A stretch of 64,000 nucleotides of DNA from an uncultured virus (IMG/VR IMGVR_UViG_3300042406_002067) (Duplodnaviria; Heunggongvirae; Uroviricota; Caudoviricetes), in the IMG/VR virus record IMGVR_UViG_3300042406_002067; one strand, given 5' to 3'. A model generated the notes under the pieces. It saw only the letters and a program-made list of their open reading frames with translations. It searched no databases and had not been told where the DNA came from. Positions 58,456 to 64,000 of the stretch are shown one piece after another (position 1 is the first letter of the stretch; the number at the start of each line of letters is the position of its first letter). Both the position numbers and the translations under genes were made by a program.

Positions 58456-58860
58456 ATGAAAAAGCTATTCAGAAAATTCAGCCTATTTGCATTTTTTTTA
58501 ACAATTTTACTTGTTTCATGCAAAAAAGAAGAACCAAAGCCCGAACCTGTTCCACAATACCGTACTGTAAAGTACCAAATAATTTACCATGGCACAAACC
58601 ATTCGCGCCAATTAGATTATTTTGATGCAGCAGGCACCATGCAAACCGATTATCCTGGTTATGATACCATTATTAAAATGGAATATATGAAAGTAGGAAA
58701 ATTAGCAGCCATTACAGCAACCTGCAGCAGTAGTGTTCCAGCACCAGGAGCATCCACAAGTGTTGATTTAAAAATATTTGTCGAAAATCAATTGCAAGCA
58801 TCCGCCTACAATGTAGGAGTTAATTATGCATTTGAAACATGTAATGTAACGGTAAATTAA
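58456..58860 (+). CDS. lipoprotein
   Basis: Signal peptide II LLVS-C followed by KKEE. Confidence 0.75.
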   Translation: MKKLFRKFSLFAFFLTILLVSCKKEEPKPEPVPQYRTVKYQIIYHGTNHSRQLDYFDAAGTMQTDYPGYDTIIKMEYMKVGKLAAITATCSSSVPAPGASTSVDLKIFVENQLQASAYNVGVNYAFETCNVTVN

Positions 58861-58866
58861 AAAGAA

Positions 58867-59397
58867 ATGAGCAAATACATTGAATTAGCTAAAAAACTTA
58901 AAGCACTTGCCGAAAAAGGAGTTGGTGGCGAAAAAGTTAATGCCGAAAAAATGCTTAACGATTTACTTAAAAAGCACAATTTAAAAATTGAAGATATTGA
59001 GGGCGAGCAAACAATTGATTATTTTTTTACCTTAAAAAAAGAAGAAGAACGTTTGTGGGGGCAAGTTGTAGCGAGAGTAAACCACGAAATTAAAAAATAT
59101 GGGCCATTTTCTGCAAAAAAAGTAAAAGATTTGGGATTACAAGGTAATTATATGATTACGTGTACAGTTGCCGAATACGTAGAAATTGATTCAATGCTCA
59201 ATATTTACCAAAAACTGTATAAGCAGGAACTTAAAATTTTTTTTGTGGCATTTTGTAAAGCAAATGATTTGCTTGTATCACATGGAGCCAAAAGCACAAA
59301 TGAGCTAAGTAAAGAAGATCAAGAGTTGTGGTTAAGAGCCAACGCAATGGCATCAAAAATAAAAAGCGAAAGTTATAGAAAACAAATTACAAATTAA
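58867..59397 (+). CDS. DUF2786-like protein
   Basis: KKLKALAEKG.GGE..NA..ML..LLKKHNL. Confidence 0.55.
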   Translation: MSKYIELAKKLKALAEKGVGGEKVNAEKMLNDLLKKHNLKIEDIEGEQTIDYFFTLKKEEERLWGQVVARVNHEIKKYGPFSAKKVKDLGLQGNYMITCTVAEYVEIDSMLNIYQKLYKQELKIFFVAFCKANDLLVSHGAKSTNELSKEDQELWLRANAMASKIKSESYRKQITN

Positions 59398-59409
59398 AAC
59401 AACAAAAAA

Positions 59410-59751
59410 ATGGCATCAACAAAAAAACATTTGATACAAGTAAGAAGCAATTGCACAATGAGTGTTAATTATGAAAACCTATTATTAACACCACAAGTGG
59501 AAATAATATTGCTTACCCAAGAACCTGTTTATAAAATTAAAAAAGTAAAAACAGAATCTTTTATTGAGAAAGACAGAGAGTTAAGCGAATATAGATGCTT
59601 TGCAACTTTAGACGCAATCAATGAAATGATTTCAGACTTGCAAAAAGTTGCTTCCGAGCTTCAAATATTTGCTCAAATGAGTGGAAGTTTAAATAAGGTA
59701 ATTGAACAATATAAAAAACCAACAGACAACACACAGCCAGGTAGCGTTTAA
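59410..59751 (+). CDS. hypothetical protein
   Basis: ORF in operon. Confidence 0.6.
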   Translation: MASTKKHLIQVRSNCTMSVNYENLLLTPQVEIILLTQEPVYKIKKVKTESFIEKDRELSEYRCFATLDAINEMISDLQKVASELQIFAQMSGSLNKVIEQYKKPTDNTQPGSV

Positions 59752-59810
59752 ATCTTTATTATTAATAACTTTCATATTCAATAAATCATAAACCAAAAAA
59801 CAACAAAAAA

Positions 59811-60371
59811 ATGGGAACATTTCAATCACACCGCAATAAAAGCATAGATGCTGCATTTGCCGAATTTGACAAAAAAAATCCATTAGTATGGAAAAAATTT
59901 GAATCAGAAGTATTCAGAGCAATCCAGCTTGGGCGCACAAAAATTAGTGCAAAACAATTAATTGGCTACATCCGTTGGTATGTAAGCATCCAAACAACAG
60001 ATCCAAAATGGAAAATAAACGATGCATTTACCAGCCGTTATGCACGCAAATTTGCATCTAAAAACAAAAAATACCAACACATTTTTGAGTACCGCGAGCT
60101 TCGAAATGGAGCCGAAACACTTAAAAAACAATTCCTTTCACCACCCGAAATTACTGTTTTAAAACGTGCTCATGCAGGTTACATTGTAAAAGTTGGCAAG
60201 GCATTGCATATCAATTGGCAAAAAGATAAACAACAGCAATTGGATAATTATACGTTCAACCGTTTAGTTGCATTAGGTTTGCTGCAATGCACCACAGGCG
60301 AAAGCCGTATCCAAAAATGGAAACCAACAACAAAGGCTAAAAAGTATCTGAAATCAATTGCTAAAAAGTAA
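59811..60371 (+). CDS. phage hypothetical protein, probably DNA-binding
   Basis: F..NP.VW..F..IRW..KIND.FTSRYAR.F pattern; basic. Confidence 0.55.
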   Translation: MGTFQSHRNKSIDAAFAEFDKKNPLVWKKFESEVFRAIQLGRTKISAKQLIGYIRWYVSIQTTDPKWKINDAFTSRYARKFASKNKKYQHIFEYRELRNGAETLKKQFLSPPEITVLKRAHAGYIVKVGKALHINWQKDKQQQLDNYTFNRLVALGLLQCTTGESRIQKWKPTTKAKKYLKSIAKK

Positions 60372-61007
60372 TGAAAAAGCACTATAATAAATCCGTAAAG
60401 CACCACATGTCAATAAGTGTAGGTGGAGTGTTGGCACAATTCACACGCAAAAAAATACGTTTTTGTTCCGAAGATGATGGAACACCAATGGCACCCGAAA
60501 AAGCAAAGCAAATATTTTTAATGGCGCAATATGAAGGGAAAAGAGTATTGCCAATGAATGCCGATTGCAGTCGTTTTTGCTATCAAAAAGGTTGTCCAGG
60601 ACACGCATTATCATTAAAACCTACAGATGAAGTTTTAGAAGAAATAGATAAATCGTTTAACGAGTTAAAAAGCACCCCACAATGGCAAATATTCAAATAA
60701 TTGAAAATAATAACAGTAAATACGATGGACCTGTTTTGTATATAAATCCAAAAAAAACAATTGACAATGGTTGTTTTTCAACAGGCTTTTATATAGGATT
60801 ATTGTTTGTAAAAATAATAATACATCATGTAATTACGCCAAATGCTATAACAATTAACACAATTAATCCAAATACAAAAATAAAATACGAGCGAAATTTT
60901 CGGTTTAAAAAATGGCCAACAAATCACCAATTAAAACTAATTTGTGCCAAGTTTGTAAAAGATGTTTTATCCGACAAAACTACAAAATAAAAATTGTGCC
61001 TTAAAAA

Positions 61008-61039
61008 TTTGGTTATTAAACAATTAGTTCATAAATTTG
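61008..61039 (+). promoter_or_regulatory. Bacteroidota sigma70 promoter
   Basis: TTTG-N20-TAAATTTG. Confidence 0.65.
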
Positions 61040-61075
61040 CAATCTAATTATTTAATAACCAAAAATTTTAAACAC

Positions 61076-61261
61076 ATGGCCAAAAAAGTAGCAAAAAAAG
61101 CACCTGCAAATGTTGCTAAAAAAGCAGAAGCAAAAAAAGTAGCTCCAAAAAAAGTAGTGAAAAAAGTAGCTCCAAAAAAAGCTGTTAAAAAGGAAGTTGT
61201 AAAAGCAGCACCAAAAAAAGCAGCAAAAAAAGCACCAGCAAAGGTTGCTAAAAAAAAGTAA
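61076..61261 (+). CDS. histone H1-like Lys/Ala/Pro-rich protein
   Basis: Repeating (V/A)AKKAP / APKK; own promoter and terminator. Confidence 0.75.
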   Translation: MAKKVAKKAPANVAKKAEAKKVAPKKVVKKVAPKKAVKKEVVKAAPKKAAKKAPAKVAKKK

Positions 61262-61272
61262 AATAAAATTTT

Positions 61273-61311
61273 AAAAAAAGGGAAACACAAAATATTGTTT
61301 CCCTTTTTTTT
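61273..61311. terminator. bidirectional intrinsic terminator
   Basis: A7-GGGAAACA..TGTTTCCC-T8. Confidence 0.8.
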
Positions 61312-61328
61312 GCTATTTCACAAACACC

Positions 61329-63683
61329 ATGATTGACTACAAAAAACTTAATTCACTTCCTGCAGCATTGCGTAACAAAGTTATTTACGAAGAAAAATTA
61401 ATCACCAAAAAAGAAATGATTGATGATGTTATTCTCGTTAAAAAACTTATTGATGTAAAGCAATTGGATTCCTATAAACAAAAGCCATACGTTATTTACG
61501 ATCATTCTGGGCATCGATTTACATTTGTATCAAAAGCCGAAAAAAAATACATCGATTATTTAATCAAAAAAATAAATGAAGGTGGCCAAACCGAATTGGA
61601 GCACAAAGCCACAATCAAAAAAATACAAACCGAATTACCATCCACAAACAAAGCCGCAAAATACATTGCAGCCGATCATATTGAAGAAGATACTGATTAT
61701 TACAAAAAATTACTAGGTGCAAAATTAGAGCATGGCGGAAGCGTAAAAATTGGCGTAGACGAGATGTTTGAAAAAACAAAACAATATTTAGATACAAAGA
61801 AGGACTTGTTTTACACAATAGGAGCAAATAGCAAAACTGATTTCGGGCAAAGTAGATATATCTATGTTTTTGAAAAAGGAGGCGATTCATTTGAAAATAA
61901 AAAAATAAGAATATCAGATCACTCTGTTACAAACATAAACAGGCTAATGGACGAATATCATATTTTTGACGAAAATGAGATTAAAGACAAAGTGGATTTG
62001 ATTGAATATTATTTTTTTCCAGAAAAATTTACAAAGCAAGAAGTTTTTAATGACAACATCGTAAGTATGGAAATTCCTGCTTCTCAAAAAAAAGAAACAG
62101 ATATTGTTGTTTCAGAAAGATTGAGTTCTGCAAAACGAGGCGCAGGGAGATTGATTTATTCAATAAAAAGAAATAATCCACAAAAAACAATTAAAATAAT
62201 TAACCCTAACCGTAATGATGCAGTAATTGGTTCTTATAGGCCGCATTTAGAGCGTGGCGGAAAAGTTCAATCGTTAAAAGATGGAACCGTATTAAAAGGG
62301 CCAAGCCACGATAATGGCGGAATCGAAATTGTTGTAAATAATAAACCGGTAGCCGAAGCCGAAGGTGGTGAAGTGGTAATTAATGCCGAAAATAGCAAAG
62401 AATATTGCCATGAATTATCTGAAATTAACCAACGCGATGGTAATGGAAAACCATTAGATTGCGGTTGTGCAGGAGAACAAACCGATAAAATGGAGCATGG
62501 TGGAATGCTGAATACAGAAGATGAAACAACAGCAATAAAAGTAACCAATATTGAATCAAAAAGAATATTTTATGTATTGGCAATTAAAACAGCGTATGGA
62601 TACATTGCAAAAAAAGCAAGTGGAAACCCATGGAGCGTAAACCAATCGTATGGCAAAAAGGCTTTTAAAACAATAGGTGAAATTGTTTTAAAATTAAAGC
62701 AAGAGTACGGAATGGCTGAAATAGATGCCGATTATTTTAATAATTTAAACAAAATGGAGCATGGTGGCGAAATTAAACTTAACAATGTTGATTTGGAATT
62801 TGATGAAATGGCACGTGGCGGATTAATAAACAAACGCATGAAATTTCCTAAAAACGCCAAAGCGCAGGATGGTAAATATGGTTCAATTAAATCCGAACCA
62901 CAAAAAAGCGATTATCAAAAAAACAAAGAAATTGAGCAATTAATCGACCAAAAAGGCGATGATCCAAACAATTACCTGTTTTCAGAAAAACAATTTTTGC
63001 GCGAATACTCAGGTTACGGTGGTATTGATGTAGAAGAATTTGGCTCAATAGAAGAAGCTAAAAAAGCATTAACAGAATTTTACACACCAGATGCAATTAT
63101 TCGCAAAATGTGGGCATTGGCTTATAAGTTTGGATTTAAAGATGGGCAATCTGTTTTGGAGCCAAGCGTAGGAACAGGCGAGTTTTTAAAATATGTTCCA
63201 ACTCAAAGCATGGCTACAGGTTATGAAATAAACAAATACAGCTATACTATTTGTAAAATATTGTATCCTCAATTCAACTTTTATTTGCAGCCATTCGAAA
63301 ATATTTTTATTAAAAACCGCGATACCGTTAAAAATAAGTTGTCGGATATTCAAAAATTCGACCTTGTAATTGGAAACCCTCCTTATGGCGATGTTTCTGG
63401 ATTAGGAATGGGAATGGGCGAAAAACAATATACAAACGCAAAAAATTGGATAGAATATTTTATTTTACGCGGATTAGACTTAACTTTGCCAAACGGATTA
63501 TTAATTTATATTATTGGAACCGAAGTTGCAAATGGAGGCACACCATTTTTACAACAATCCAACAGCAAAATTAAGCAAATGATTGCCGATAAAGCCGATT
63601 TAGTAGATGCTTACCGATTACCAAATGGAGTTTTTGACCGTACCGATGTATTAAGTGATATTCTTGTATTTAAAAGAAAATAA
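61329..63683 (+). CDS. polyvalent protein: DUF5661-like domain, several GG-linked modules, C-terminal DNA N6-adenine methyltransferase (DarB-like)
   Basis: ELEH..AAKYIAADHIEE..DYYKKL; GPSHDNGGI..EAEGGE; EFYTP, VLEPSVGTG, VIGNPPY. Confidence 0.8.
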   Translation: MIDYKKLNSLPAALRNKVIYEEKLITKKEMIDDVILVKKLIDVKQLDSYKQKPYVIYDHSGHRFTFVSKAEKKYIDYLIKKINEGGQTELEHKATIKKIQTELPSTNKAAKYIAADHIEEDTDYYKKLLGAKLEHGGSVKIGVDEMFEKTKQYLDTKKDLFYTIGANSKTDFGQSRYIYVFEKGGDSFENKKIRISDHSVTNINRLMDEYHIFDENEIKDKVDLIEYYFFPEKFTKQEVFNDNIVSMEIPASQKKETDIVVSERLSSAKRGAGRLIYSIKRNNPQKTIKIINPNRNDAVIGSYRPHLERGGKVQSLKDGTVLKGPSHDNGGIEIVVNNKPVAEAEGGEVVINAENSKEYCHELSEINQRDGNGKPLDCGCAGEQTDKMEHGGMLNTEDETTAIKVTNIESKRIFYVLAIKTAYGYIAKKASGNPWSVNQSYGKKAFKTIGEIVLKLKQEYGMAEIDADYFNNLNKMEHGGEIKLNNVDLEFDEMARGGLINKRMKFPKNAKAQDGKYGSIKSEPQKSDYQKNKEIEQLIDQKGDDPNNYLFSEKQFLREYSGYGGIDVEEFGSIEEAKKALTEFYTPDAIIRKMWALAYKFGFKDGQSVLEPSVGTGEFLKYVPTQSMATGYEINKYSYTICKILYPQFNFYLQPFENIFIKNRDTVKNKLSDIQKFDLVIGNPPYGDVSGLGMGMGEKQYTNAKNWIEYFILRGLDLTLPNGLLIYIIGTEVANGGTPFLQQSNSKIKQMIADKADLVDAYRLPNGVFDRTDVLSDILVFKRK

Positions 63684-63686
63684 GCC

Positions 63687-63908
63687 ATGAGCGAAAAATT
63701 AAAAGAACTAAAGCAATTGATCCATTCACATTTGGAATCATGCGACAAAATACTTACTCCTACAATTTGCGAAATGAAGGATTCTAAAGAAGGAAAATCT
63801 GAATTAGAAGAAAAAGTATTAAAGCGAATTTTAGAACGCGGAATAACAGTAGGGCAAGCAATAAACGAAATTGAAAGAGAGTATAACTCAAACATGATTA
63901 ACGATTAA
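63687..63908 (+). CDS. hypothetical protein
   Basis: ORF in operon. Confidence 0.6.
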   Translation: MSEKLKELKQLIHSHLESCDKILTPTICEMKDSKEGKSELEEKVLKRILERGITVGQAINEIEREYNSNMIND

Positions 63909-64000
63909 TATGGAATATCCCGAAATTTATGAAATAATGTATGTGGATAAGTCCAGCAACGAACTTAAATCATTTGACAAAACACATGATAAGGAAATTG

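Noticed and set aside
481..63895. Numerous minus-strand ORFs and alternate-frame + ORFs in the ORF track
   Set aside because: They overlap stronger + strand genes, have Phe/Leu/Cys-rich shadow composition and show no recognisable motifs
1..64000. tRNA/rRNA genes or an alternative genetic code
   Set aside because: No cloverleaf or rRNA-like sequence was noticed, and standard-code ORFs tile the window densely

Overview
AT-rich window in which essentially every credible protein-coding gene is on the + strand. It looks like most of the genome of a dsDNA virus of a Bacteroidota host: TTTG-N19/20-TAnnTTTG promoters, A-rich translation starts with almost no Shine-Dalgarno sequences, and a SusC-type carboxypeptidase-regulatory domain. 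I recognised no terminase, portal, HK97 capsid or tape measure gene. Instead there is an A32/FtsK-HerA-type packaging ATPase (8199-9194), three paralogous capsid-like proteins (9886-12200), about 25 small membrane-anchored proteins, a membrane-tethered GH108 muramidase and several fibre/spike proteins. This points to a tailless, membrane-containing virus (inference). Both window ends fall in polyvalent/DarB-like genes (helicase C-terminus + zeta-toxin + LPD11 on the left; DUF5661 + adenine methylase on the right), and 34-57 kb carries many glycosyl- and methyltransferases. The most striking element is an integron-like platform at 31953-34218. It has three attC-like hairpins delimiting three cassettes with self-complementary ends, an attI-like site, and an adjacent tyrosine recombinase that lacks the IntI-specific insertion. 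The cassette ORFs are inverted relative to a canonical integron, and one starts inside its own attC loop. Other signals: a poly-G-frameshifted adenine methylase, a two-gene module bounded by 28-bp direct repeats, an antisense sRNA with its own promoter and terminator, a switchable leader hairpin, and [M/L]xxGG linkers between domains of the polyvalent proteins. All family assignments are from motif recognition by eye, not database searches.
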